From the NCBI GenBank assembly GCA_951406725.2, contig OX597816.1, positions 128,712,001 to 128,776,000 on the forward strand: 64,000 bases of DNA, read 5' to 3'. Under the pieces are notes generated by a model, which saw only the letters and a list, made by a program, of their open reading frames with translations, was not told the origin of the DNA and ran no database searches. Shown here one piece after another: positions 40,064 to 52,762 of this stretch. How positions within the stretch are numbered: the first letter of the stretch is position 1; every line of letters begins with the position of its first letter. The position numbers were made by a program, and so were the translations under genes. This DNA comes from Octopus vulgaris (Eukaryota).

Positions 40064-40255
40064 TATATGTATAGATATGTCTACATATGTTTATATACAT
40101 AAATATATATGTGTGCATATATGCACATATGTGTATGTCTATGTATATTTGTGTGTCTGTATTAACAAATTGACTTAGAATTGCTTTGCTTAAAGTTTCG
40201 AAGGACTGAGGAAAATGTTCCTGATCATTCGGATAAATAGTGCTGAGTCTGTCAG

Positions 40256-40300
<45 letters not shown>

Positions 40301-40721
40301 CCCTCTCTCCCTCTCTTCCACCCTTTCTCCCTCTCTTTTTGTATATGTGTATATGTCTGTTTATATATGTTTATATATATATATATATGTATGTATATAT
40401 ATGTAGTCCACAATGTTAAGTGGTTGGCATTTGGAAGGGCATCCAGCTGTAAAAATCATGCCAAAACTAACCTTGCCTGTGCTAGTGCCATGTAAGAAGC
40501 TCTGAGCCCACTCTGCAGAGTGATTCATGTTAGGAAGAACATCCATCCATAAGACCCCTGCCAAAGCAGACACAGTAGCCTGGGGTAGTTTTCTACCTGC
40601 CCGGCTCCAGTCAACCAACCTACCCATGCATGCATGGAAGGCAGATGTTAAACGATGATGATGATGATGTAGATACATGTATATACATACATACATATAT
40701 ACATGTATACATATACAGTAT

Positions 40722-40785
<64 letters not shown>

Positions 40786-40903
40786 CTTTATTTAAAAGCA
40801 GCAGAAATATAAGAAAAGCTGTTACTCAGAGTTTCACGTTCCCTTTCATCGGTATTTGAGTACTCTTTTTTCCACCTTGTTTCACATTTATGTGCTTACT
40901 CCG
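40786..40903. mobile_element. Centre-deleted copy of the 11881-12133 fold-back element
   Basis: Shares gttactcagagtttcacgttcc..ttcatc with the 11.98-kb arm and ccaccttgtttcacat with its unpaired end in opposite orientation; lies in (TA)n. Confidence 0.8.
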
Positions 40904-41707
40904 ATATATATACATGTGTATTTATGTATACTGATATCTTATAAATAACAACTATTCATCAAACTCATGTCAGCATAGAAAAAATAAAGAGGACATAAAA
41001 TGAAAGATTGGATGAATGAACATCAGTAAACCCCAATCAGATGAAACAGAATCCTACAACCGTTGTATTTAGGCATATAAGTGCAAATGTGGATGCAGGC
41101 ATATGTGCATGTGTATATGTGTGTGCATTTGAAAATTTATTTGTGAGCATGTGTCTATCATTGTTGAAAGTAAACTAGGAGGGTTGGTGAAGTATTGTTG
41201 TACAGTATTTCTTCACAAAAGTGCTTATTGCTTTCAGGCTTGCAAATGAAATTTAATTGCACCTTTCAGAAAAACCTTCAGCAGATGTATTTGAAGTATT
41301 CGGCCCTGAATTCACACAATCTTCACTAAGAAAGTTATTGATGACAGGTGGACAATGAAATGTCTCATTAATGGCCAAGCTTTCATAAATATGCATTATA
41401 TCTGTCCATCTCTCTCTCTCTTCTCTGTATATATATATGTGTGTGTGTGTGTGTGTATGGAGAGAGGGATAAAGAAAGAGAGGTACAGATATAAATATGT
41501 ATATGCATATATATTTTAACATATATACAATATATACATGTAAACATAAACACACATATACACACACATATCATACATACATATGCACATACACTCGTAC
41601 ATACCTACATGCATACATATATATGCACATACATATATACCTACACTCATACATAAATGTATGCATACACACACATACATGCATGCATACGTACGTGTGT
41701 ACATACA

Positions 41708-41738
<31 letters not shown>

Positions 41739-42015
41739 GTGTGTACTTATCTGAGTCAAGTATGGAAAGACTAGAAGGAACTCAACAGAAGAAATATACC
41801 AAGTAGCTTAGACCTTAGGTGTTCTCAGTAGACCTAAATGTTTCACTAATAGTCTATGGCATCTATGGTGCAAGGTTTTTCCAGTTTGCAAACCAACATA
41901 CAGGAGAAAAGTCAAAAGGATGTGTGGAAGGGTTTGCATATGGAATGATAACAAGTTACATGCTATCACTGACATTGAAAAGAAAGAGCCAGGAAAGTTT
42001 TTTTTTTTACATATA

Positions 42016-42396
42016 GGCGAAGGAGTGGCTGTGTGGTAAGTAGCTTGCTTACCAGCCACATGGTTCCAGGTTCAGTCCCACTGCATGGTACCTTGGGCAA
42101 GTGTCTTCTACTATAGCCTTGGGCTGACCAAAGCCTTGTGAGTGGATTTGGTAGATAGAAACTGAAAGAAGCCCGTCATATATATGTATGTATGTTTGTG
42201 TCTGTGTTTGTCCACCCAACATTGCTTGACAACCGATGCTGGTGTATTTGTGTCCCCATAACTTAGCGGTTCCACAAAAGAGACAGATAGAATATGTACT
42301 AGGCTTACAAAGAATAAGTCCTGGTGTCGATTTGCTCAACTAAAGGCGGTGCTCCAGTATGGCTGCAGTCAAATGACTGAAACAAGTAACAGAGTA
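42016..42396 (+). mobile_element. SINE family A, full-length young copy
   Basis: tRNA-like head ggagtggctgtgtggtaag...gggttcagtccc, body ccttgggcaagtgtcttctactatagcc, tail tgactgaaacaagtaa. Head-only copies at ~4525-4670, 30200-30320, 35745-35860, 56520-56660, 60295-60452(-) and 57470-57612, 61822-61905(+). Confidence 0.95.
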
Positions 42397-42420
42397 CATA
42401 TATTTATATATATATATATA

Positions 42421-42598
42421 TAAAGGGAAAGTTTACGAAAATAAACAAAAGACGAAGGCAGGTGGTGTACAAACAAACAAATGTATTAGTATAGCGCTCA
42501 GGAATAGAAAAAGTCTTTTACGTTTCGAGCCTACGCTCTTCTACAGAAAGATACACAGAAAAAAACAAGGAGAAAAACAAGGATAGAAAAAAATAAGA
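42421..42598 (-). mobile_element. Hammerhead-bearing pLTR-like mini-element
   Basis: Same family as 49678-49850(+) and 62733-62810(+); 3' end abuts (TA)n. Confidence 0.85.
42514..42551 (-). ncRNA. Minimal hammerhead motif, U6 variant core
   Basis: UCUUU-CUGUAGA-A-GAGC-GUAG-GCUC-GAAA-C-GUA-AAAGA; perfect helices I and II, palindromic ACGU helix III. Confidence 0.7.
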
Positions 42599-44503
42599 AT
42601 ATCCTGGAGTTTGTGGGAAAACCCATTTAAATAAAAGGGATCCTTGGCAGTGAAAAGGTTGGGAAGCACAACATGAAAGCAATGACTGAGATAACCATAT
42701 CCAACAATACAATTACTATAGTTTCTGAGTTGACTCTTGTAGGTAGTTATTTCTCTATCACAGCAAGTTTATTTGTGAATATCTGATTAAAAAGAGAATG
42801 CCCAATATATATCCCTCATTGTTATGATACTAGGTTTGTCATCAAGTCAATAGTACAAGTAACATTTAACTGGTATTCATCAGATAGATTTCCCAAAAGT
42901 CTAGTAATGGTTTAAAGATGAATTTGGGAAGATCCATGAGAATGAAGTCTTCTATGATGTATATTGCTTTCATTTCAATTTTGTCCAGAATCTTCAGGCA
43001 GACTGAAGATTCACTTTCATGTCTGAAATTCTAATTTATTAACACATTCTACCAGAGCAGTCATGCATAAAAAAAAATATTAGTAATCAACACTGCTAAA
43101 ATATGAAAGAAAAAATTTCATTTATAGTAACTAACTGAACAACTGTTGGGTTGGTGGTACTATAGCACAGAAAGAAGATGGAAGGCAATAAAATATGATG
43201 AAATTCAATACAAAAGTCGTTGCTTATTTTGTTTTTATTGATTAGAAATATTCAAAAAATTGCTTTGTAAGAGTTGATTAAAAACAATAACGCAGCGAAG
43301 GTTAAAAAATAAATAAATAAGAACAAAAACACTAAAACATTTCTCACTAATAAATAGTTGGCCACAAATATATAAGAATTTTCATCTTATGATAAGGGAA
43401 CTACTACATTAGATTGTCTGTACTGCTGTGTATATGTAAATTTGAGATATAAAAATATAATTGCATGCCAACAAGTGATCAAGTTGAGTTGAAAATTTTC
43501 ATGAGTGATGGTAATGGTAGTGGTATTCAGATGTACTTTCTGAAATCAGCTCTCTTAACCATTAGAAGTTCCTAAAGGAATCGTCTAAAAAAATAATATA
43601 GCTATATTTTGGTGGGGGGAGCGGGGTGGGGGTTGGCTGTTGGTGTTTTTTTTTTCCTTCTGTGTTCTCATCTAAGCAAGTTTTGTTTAATTTTATACTC
43701 CAGAGAAGAAGAACAGTGGTTATCACCTGCATGAATAATCATGAAGAGAAAGTGTGTTATAACTGAGGTCAGTGACATTGATTTTGTGTTGTAAGGGTTA
43801 AAGTTTAATAATTAATTGAAACACATGCCAAGGCAGAAAGTTTCAGTTCAATGGAGTGAAAACTGTGCAAAATACTTAAAGTGGCATTTAGAAAGAGAGA
43901 AAATGAAAAACCGTTGAGTGGCAAGTTTGGCACAGAAAATAGTTTATATAAGCAAAATCAGAAGACACGGGGTCATTGTAACACAGTACAGTAACCATAT
44001 AAAGAGCACTGGTAAATTAAGAGTCAATGACTAAAAGTACTTTGTAATAATGGCTTTTACCTGTCACATGTGTGTTTTGACCACATGTATAATCTAATAT
44101 TTAGTTGATGGTGGCTCAAAGATGACAACAAAACAATCAGTGTTCTTGAAGGTGATATCCATGCACCACCCATTATGGGAGTAATATATTGGTGAAATAT
44201 TAGGCAGTGAGCTGGCAGAATCTTTAGCATGCCAGGCAAAATGCTAAGTGGTGTTTCATCTGTTTTTATGTTCTGTGTTCAAACTCCATTTCATCTTTTG
44301 TGGGTTAAGACAAGTACCAGTTAAGCACTGGGGTCAATGTAATCAACTTACTCCCATCCTGAACTTACTGGCCTTGTGCCAAAATTTGAAATCAGTATTT
44401 CAGTGGGTTACTTCAGCATGTAACATAAGTAAGTCTCAGGTGAATAAATCTTGCAATAAAGTTTAATCAAACTTCTTCTCTGTAATGCATGCACGTATGT
44501 ATG

Positions 44504-45423
44504 TTCAAGATTTCTTGCCAATAGAGGAAAAGCCAGTTTCTAATCTAGATCCAAGGCTCCTTCATTGTAATTTCAACAACACCAACAGGGTATTTTTCTA
44601 TGTATGTATGTATGTATGTATGTATGTATGTATGTATGTATGTATGTATGTATGTATGTATGTATGTATGTATGTATGTATGTATGTATGTATGCATGCA
44701 TGTATGTATGTATGTATGTATGTATGTATGTATGTATGTATATGTGCAGATATGTATGTTTGGTTTTATGTGTGTATTCCCATGCATATAGTTGCATGTC
44801 TAGACATGCTCATATATACTTAAATGATAAACTTCAGGAAAGTTCTACAGAGATTTACAGTTCCAGTGATGGCTTGAATCTGTAGTCTTTGAATCAACTT
44901 TGTATATAAGTATGACATTATTCAGTTTTATTTCAAGATTTCTTGCCAATAGAGAAAGAGCTAGTTTCTAACCTAGATTCAAGTCTCCTTTATTGGAATT
45001 TCGACATCAACAACAAGGTATTTTTGTTTATATGTATGTATGTGTGCAGATTTGTATATTTTGCTTTATGTATGCATTCTCATGCATTTAGTTGCATAGC
45101 TAGATATGCTCATATATATTTAAATGATAGACTACTGGAAAATTTTACAGATTTTTACAGTTCCAATGATGGATTAGATCTGTAGTCTTCAAATTAGCTT
45201 CCTCCTTTCTGGATTTGAGAAGCCTAATTTCTCAACATTAGTATTTGGGCAGTGTCATACATATCCCGGGGCCCCAATAATTACAGATATAAACCTGAAC
45301 TTGTAATATGGATAGAGTAACTGCAGATTTCTAAATAGTTCAGCATAAGTGTTCTCTTTTTCACTATCTCCAGCTTTATGTTAAAATCTGCTGGGCAACT
45401 AATTGTCACAAATGTGCAGTTTC
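44504..45423 (-). mobile_element. R4/Dong-like retrotransposon 3' end, tandemly duplicated, in (TATG)n
   Basis: Minus-strand ISCPADFNIK..EKENTYAELFRNLQLLYPYYKFRFISVIIGAPG...KLI*RLQI*SIIGTVKICKIF; second copy KLIQRLQIQAITGTVNLCRTFLKFII*. Units 44504-44900 and 44910-45423. Confidence 0.85.
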
Positions 45424-46253
45424 ATATGTAAGTATGTATGTAAGTATGTATGTATGTATGTATGTATGTATGTATGTATGTATGTATGTATGTATGTATG
45501 TATGTATGTACGTATGTATGTATTTTTCTTCTTTTCCTATGTTACTCAACTACAAAAGGATCATTAGAAACCAATCTTAAAACTCAATAAATTCTCTGAA
45601 AGTAGTTTCTGACACATAAAAAACACTCACACTGGTGACATGTAAAGGATACCCAATACACTCTGAGAAATTGTCGGTATTAAGAAGGGCATCCAGCTGT
45701 AGAAACCAAGCTGAAACAGAGAGGAGCCTGATCCTGTTGTCAGGCTTACTAGCCCCAGTCAAACCGTCTTACTCATGCCAACAGGAAAAACGTATGCTAA
45801 ATGACAATGATGATGATGACGACGACGAGGACAATGAAGATGATGATGATGATGATGATGATGTTTTTCAACTTTATCACATAAAATTGATTTCAAGTTA
45901 ACAGTGATACACTACCTGGTCACTCAACCTGCTAATAACAGCAGTCAAATTTATTTTGAATCACATTTCTACCATCTTCATAAAGGACACATTGGATGAT
46001 GTAACCTTACGTATACAAAATGTTTAGATGATGATCATGGCTGAAATATATTCAAGTATAGGGTCTATTTGATCAAAGTTGACTTTGGGTTCTATAAAAA
46101 TGATTTTGAAAATCAAGTCCTTCTCTAAAATATATTTCCAATTTTTGATTTTTTGTCCATTAATCATTGACCTTACTTGAACTACATAACCATAATACGA
46201 ATGTGTGTGTGTGTAAGTGTGTGTCAGAGTAAGCATACATATATAGCTGTATC

Positions 46254-46296
<43 letters not shown>

Positions 46297-46758
46297 CATC
46301 TGTACCTATATACTTGTGGGATCTATGTGCATCTGTGTAGGTGTATGTGTGATTGTGTGTGTTAAAGTCAGCATATACATGTATATATATGTACATCTAT
46401 GTCTATATGCATGTGTGATGAATATGTTTGTATGTGTGTATGTGTGTATGTGTACATATATATATATATGCTTCAGAACTATGTTGTTAATCTATACTTA
46501 ATGTTCCCTTAACTGGTACTGAAAGAGGAATGTAGAAACACACATATAAAATACATGCCAATAATTAAATCCCACTAAAATACATACATGTACATGAAGA
46601 GATTTGCATGTACATGCACTCACTCATATTATAAGTGTGTGTGTGTGTATGTATATATATATATATATATGTGTGTGTATGTGTTTGTATGTATGTATAT
46701 ATATATAATACATACAATATATATCATACATATAATATATATATAATATATATATATT

Positions 46759-46791
<33 letters not shown>

Positions 46792-46821
46792 TAATATATA
46801 ACATATATAATATATAACATC

Positions 46822-46858
<37 letters not shown>

Positions 46859-47292
46859 AACACAGACACAAACATACACAAACAGACACAAACATATACA
46901 TATGCACAATTTCACATTCTCCTTATAATTTCATGTTCAGCAATGAATTCATTCACGAAATACACACAAAAAAAAAAAAAAAATCCATGAATGACTTAAT
47001 ATAATGACGCTCCATGTCTGTTCTTCTTAACTTTTAAAAAACATTAATTCATGTTTTATATAGCCTCCAGGGAGAGAAAAAGAGAAAAATAAGGAAACAG
47101 GGTAAGAGAGAGAAAGAGATAAAGAAAGAGCGAGAGAGAGAGAAAGAGAGAAACAAAATAAAATACCATTACATAATACTCAATGCTATGAAGTAGTATT
47201 ATATCAAGAGATTGATTCAACATCTCCTTACTGGCTTACAAACATTAGATAATCTCCTACATGCTCCAGTACATATATACATTATATGCATA

Positions 47293-47343
<51 letters not shown>

Positions 47344-47490
47344 AATACATATATACATACACACACATGTATATATATATTTGAATATAGATATACATAT
47401 ATACATATAATGTATGCATGTATGTATATATATGTATACCTATATATATATATATGCTTATATATACTGATATATATATATGTATATATA

Positions 47491-47535
<45 letters not shown>

Positions 47536-47874
47536 AATACATATATATATACATATATAACACACATATATCTATATATATACATATACATATATATACA
47601 TACATACATAGATACATACATACATACATATACATATACACACACGCACACACATACATATATATATATACACACAATCACATACACATTCAGTAGCAAT
47701 GCATTTACAGTTGTTGTACAATCAATATATCAACCAGGCACGCATTTTTGCATTTTTGCACAATTTGATAGTTTATGCAGCTGCATATATTTAGAAGAAA
47801 CGATGCTGAATACTGCATTGAAAGCAGCAGAGAATTATGCCAGGTTGCTAGGAGAGATGCTAGGCATCGGGTTT

Positions 47875-48155
47875 ACATAACACAATGGGAGATGTAGAAA
47901 GTAAGAGGTTTACCAATGTACTACAGGATGAGGGTCAAAGATGTGATGTGTACCAGATTGCAAGACACTGTATCAGAGAGAATCAAGATGCTGGGAGGGA
48001 GAATAATGGTGCACTTGCACTTAGTGATTCTGATACAAAAAAAAAAAAAAAACCAGGCATGGAAATGCAACTATGAAGGTTACTAAATGCGCAAAATGCA
48101 TAGGAGAAAGAGTATCTTCCCAAAGTGGATCCAACAGATAGACTAATTATTGTAG
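47875..48155 (+). mobile_element. RTE LINE ORF2 linker fragment (between endonuclease and RT)
   Basis: GDVESKRFTNVLQDEGQRCDVYQIARHCIRENQD...GALALSDSD..AWKCNYEGLLNAQNA*EKEYLPKVDPT resembles ++++A+...E+.DV...W..+++.LLN.EN. Confidence 0.7.
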
Positions 48156-48609
48156 CAAACAGCATATGGTAGATAAAGCAATTAAGATTATCTAGGCAGT
48201 GAAAGCCCTTCATTCATCAGGAATCACCACCCAAATATCAACAAACGGAGACCAGCCATAAAGAACAGGAAAGAAATACATGAAGCAAAATGATTACTAT
48301 AGCAACACTATTTTATGCAAGTTACATTTTTCTTTCCTTCCCAGATATCTAAATAATGATCTTTTCTATCCCTCACTTTTCTGAATGACCTGAGAAAGAG
48401 GTCTTATCCCCAAAATATAGAAATATAAGGTAATATTACAACTTCATTTTGTTTTGCTTTTGTAATTTACTTCGTATCACCTTGCATTCTTCTGGCCTAG
48501 CACAACAAAATTCTCTCTAATATATGTGTGTGTGTATGTGTGTGTGTGTGTATGTATATATGTATGTATGTGTGTATATATATATATATATATTCACACA
48601 CATATATAT

Positions 48610-48989
48610 AAAATAACAAAGGCAGTTATATGCAATATAAAACTAAAAAGGAAAAATTCAATTGTTACTAATTGTAACTGATGGTGCTAGGTAACACCTA
48701 TATTGCAAGAAATAAGAGTTAAAAACCCTTAGAACCACAAGAAAGCACATTTTCATATTCTGACAGTGCCAGCCAAACCATCCAGCGATAGAGTAGTCAC
48801 TACAGATGAGCTTGTAATTTTCAGGTGGAACTAGTCTATTATAGTGAACTAGTTTCATTGCGGAGTGGTTATCTCCCCTGTTAGTATATGAAAATGTGCT
48901 TTCTTGTGGCTCTAAGGGTTTTTAACTTTTATTTCTAGCAATGTAGGTGCTACCTGGCACTCTTAGTCACAATTAGTGACAATGGAATT
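48610..48989. mobile_element. Fold-back mini-element with degenerate hammerhead in the spacer
   Basis: Arms 48655-48766 / 48878-48989. Spacer has CACUA-CAGAUGA-GCUUG-UAAUUUU-CAGGU-GGAA-CUAGUC (48798-48836). Microsatellites on both sides. Confidence 0.8.
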
Positions 48990-48998
48990 AAATGTGTG

Positions 48999-49048
<50 letters not shown>

Positions 49049-49677
49049 GTTGTAAGTGAAATGCATCAGTTAGGTTTTAGACTAATTACTTCTTACATCA
49101 ATAAAACTTAAGGAAATTAAGTAGATTATAATTTGAATAGTCAAAGTTTTAGAATTAGACAAGTATGAGGCTGAGAAATACAGATCAATATAATTGGCAT
49201 CTATTGTTTCCAAGATAGCAGTGCCAGGAATACAATGACCTGTGCTCACTTGCACTTTCTGCTTATTGAAGCAGCATTATTTCCTAAAATGGAGTTCCTG
49301 CAAATTACAGTAAATGTGTGTTAAACAAATATAACATGTAAATAATCCGACAAAGTTACCAACATAAAATATGCAATATTACATATTTAGATTTATTTTG
49401 AAGTATTTGACAAACTTAATGATCAAAATCTTTGTCTGAAATTGAAGGTCTAAAGAATTTGAAGGAAGCCTTAGCTTTAAATTGACTGATGCTTCTTGAA
49501 CAGATTAAAAAGGTGGTAGATATCGATAAGGAGTAAAAGTTCATAGATGTCTGATCAAAATAAGCCAACAAAATCCTGAATTCTTCCCTTTTCTTTTTGC
49601 TTTATATCATTAACATATATTCTGAGTTCAAATGCAGTTGAGGTCAACTTTACCTTTCATCCTTTCAGGGTTAATAT

Positions 49678-49850
49678 CGCTAGCCACTACACACATTTTT
49701 TCTCTCCTTGTTTCTTTCTGTGGTCCTTTCTGTGGAAGAGCGTAGGCTCGAAATGTTAAAGACTTTTTCAATTCCCGAGCGTTATACTAATACATCTGTT
49801 CGTTTTCTACATCACCTGTCTTCGTCTTTTGTTTTTTGTGAATTCTCACC
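49678..49850 (+). mobile_element. Hammerhead-bearing mini-element inserted in a SINE, 7-bp TSD
   Basis: TTAATAT at 49671-49677 and 49851-49857; motif GUCCUUU-CUGUGGA-A-GAGC-GUAG-GCUC-GAAA-UGUU-AAAGAC at 49723-49763. Confidence 0.85.
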
Positions 49851-49955
49851 TTAATATAAGTACCAGTTTAGCACGTGGGAGGGGGAGCTCAATATAATTG
49901 ACTTACCCTCTCCCCACTAAAATTGCTGGCCTTGTGTCAAACTTTGAAACCATAT

Positions 49956-50168
49956 TGGTTTCAAATTTTCGAAGAAGACTTGAAATTAGGGTGAAAGGAC
50001 TAAGTTGATTAGATCAACCCCAGAACTCAACAGGTACTTGTCTTATCAACCCCAAAAGATGAAAGGCAAAGTAAACCTTGGTGAATTTGAACTCAGAATG
50101 TAAAGATGGATGAAACACCATTAAGCATTTTGTCCGGTGTGCTAACAATTCAGCCCACACGCCAACCT
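49956..50168 (-). mobile_element. SINE family B with 17-bp TSD
   Basis: aaactttgaaaccatat at 49939-49955 and 50169-50185. Confidence 0.9.
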
Positions 50169-50256
50169 AAACTTTGAAACCATATCAATAATAGTTTGTT
50201 CTAACAAAACATCTCCGTCTAAGTGGAAATAAATATTACCCCTTGGTACTGATCCT

Positions 50257-50462
50257 GCCTCTGTCGCTAATATATATATATACATATTTAACAAGCTCAC
50301 TGGCTAAATGCCTGTTCTGGCACTGTTATTCTATATATCACTAGCAGGGAGATTAATACAGCCTCTGTTGCTGATATATATTTTTTAAAAAACCCCAATA
50401 GCTGTTTGCGGCACCAGTGCTTGATCTGGCACTGTTATTCTATATATCACTGGCAGGGAGAT
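50257..50462. repeat. Two ~105-bp direct repeat units
   Basis: gcctctgtYgctRatatata (50257, 50361) and tctggcactgttattctatatatcactRgcagggagat (50316, 50425). Confidence 0.85.
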
Positions 50463-52715
50463 GAGTGACTGCTATATCTAGCAATTGAGCGTCCATCATT
50501 GATAAGACCAAGGAAAGTCAATTCATGTGATCTGGTGATCTTGGCACTGGAGGTAGCAGAGACTTATCTCCCTGCCAGCAGTATTAATGAGAGTGCATTT
50601 CACATTGAAAGACAATATGAGAGTTTCTCTCATGGTATCTACCACAGAATATCTTGTTCTAGCAGAACATCCACATTTAAGTGAGGTTAGATAATACTGA
50701 TTCTGTCGCTAATATATATTTCTTAACATATTAATAACAACCCACCAAATATGATTACTTATACATCAACAACAACTATTTCACACTAAAAATTCTTGGA
50801 TGATCTGACTGCATAGAAATAAAAATTCAGTCAATAAAATGGAAGTAGAAAATGTCAAATCATGTCAGCAAATACATTCTTTATTTTGAGTAGATAAGCC
50901 TACCAGAGCTACACTCTTTTATCATAATCTTGATAATAATATATTTTCTTTTAGATCTCTGACATCCCCAAGGAAGAAGGATTACAATTAACTAACACTG
51001 GTTAATTTCCAATTTATCAAAAACACTGAAAGACATACTTTTTAAGTCAGTAAAATAAGCAATATTCATAAAACATTATTCTTTCAATCATATTCAGTAC
51101 CTCATTAATTAAGCCATCTAATATAACTAGTTATAAAGTCATGAAATAATCATTGGAAAATAATTTAATAAAATAAATGTTATTACTAACACTTAAGAAG
51201 AAGATTTTTTTGTTTGTTTTTTTGCAAAGTTATCATAAGGTCAGTGTGTATTTTATTTTAATAATAGTAATATGAATGTAGACCTTCAAGAGTGATAATT
51301 TCCTCACTTCATTTGAAGAGACTGAAAAAAATTAAAAGAATGGCCTACGGGAAAAGGAACTCCTTGAGTTAAACAGGTAGAAATACAGAATATTTTTCTT
51401 AATATTGCCAAATGCTTTCCTCATTTATGTTTCCTTGCAGGAGAAAACCTTGAGAATGATGCCATATGAGGAATGACCAACAACTATTCAGTTATTTATG
51501 CCTCTGTTTATTTTTACTCTCTTCCCTCTAGTTATGTGTGAATGTATACATGTATGTGTATCTCTACACAGTGTGTGTGTGTGTTATGTATGTATGTATG
51601 TATGTATGTATGTATGTATGTATGTATGTATGTATGTATGTATGTATGTATGTATGTATGTATGCATGCACGTATGTATGTATGTATGAATGTATGTATT
51701 TATGTATGTATGCATGCATGCATGTATGTATGCATGCATATATGTATGTATGCATGACTCATTGTTTATGTGTTTACACAAGCAAAATCATAGTTCTCAG
51801 TTAAATATATTATGTGATATAGTCAAGTAGTGATAATACATTGTGATTCAGAGTTTTATGTCCAGGAATTCTATATAATCTGTAAAAAATTAAATATCAA
51901 TCTCTTTCTTGGATATCAGTGATAATATTGTATTATGTGTTTGAAAATATTGTAAGTCACATAGCTTTTTCATATATTTTATGAGTTCTTTACCTTATTT
52001 TAGTTGAAAAGAAGGTGGAATGAGATTAAAATAAACTGATAAGTGGTAGTAAATATGGAAAATAAATGGGCTAAAATTATAAAGCATCAATAATTAAATA
52101 TTGTAGTGAGTTAACAGAAGAGACTATAGAGATTGTGTTTCTTATGGGCTTAAATCAAGAAAAGAGATATAGTTACAAATACAGAATTATCCCACTCATT
52201 TGGATGGTGATATACTCTTCTTATGTTTCAGCAGACATTTTGCAATGTAGCAGTACTTGGTGAGGATCTCTGATCTGACACTTACATACTCTGTAGATTT
52301 ATTTATGATGTTGACTATGAGACTCTCTTTAGTTAAGCATTATTACTGAAGAAAAATGAGAAAGGTTCTTCTTTTTAAGTATGCATGTAGGCTCAAGTGA
52401 GTCAACATAATTTTCTTGCGTTAAGCTGGTCTGTCATGTGATGGGATTGGATAGCCCATGTAAAACCAGAAGGACTCGACCATCACATGACCAGGTCATG
52501 TGACCACTTGTAGAAAACACGTATATGAGTCAAATTCTGGATATTTAAGGCTAGACAGCCAAATGATAAACATACTTCTGGTACACATTCAACAGGAAAC
52601 TTGTTTACAAATTTAGTCATTTAAGTTTAACAAAACAAAAAAGTGTTTCTATATACTTAACACCCATTCAATGCCAGATACTTTTCTTTGTACTTTCATA
52701 ATATTATATTATTGT

Positions 52716-52762
52716 TATTTAGTTCTAGTTAAGTGCTAATCGAACTTAACTAGAACTAAATA
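52716..52762. repeat. Perfect 19-bp inverted repeat, 9-nt loop
   Basis: tatttagttctagttaagt-gctaatcga-acttaactagaactaaata. Confidence 0.95.

Noticed and set aside
44520-44575. gaaactgg/gaaactag in the R4 3' UTR as a hammerhead half
   Set aside because: No CUGANGA core; better explained as an ordinary 3' UTR stem-loop.
47212-47880. Longest ORF (222 aa) and the many YI/CV/HT/MYVC/poly-I/L/N ORFs
   Set aside because: Stop-free translation of (TA)n, (CA)n, (TATG)n and trinucleotide microsatellites; no protein signal.
1808-48989. Shared polarity of the fold-back elements (longer arm on the left)
   Set aside because: Only five cases, one ambiguous, and the 40.8-kb copy has the opposite polarity.
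51330-51480. Apparent short intron (cag|gtagaa...ttgcag|gag)
   Set aside because: Joined frames hit stops within a few codons.
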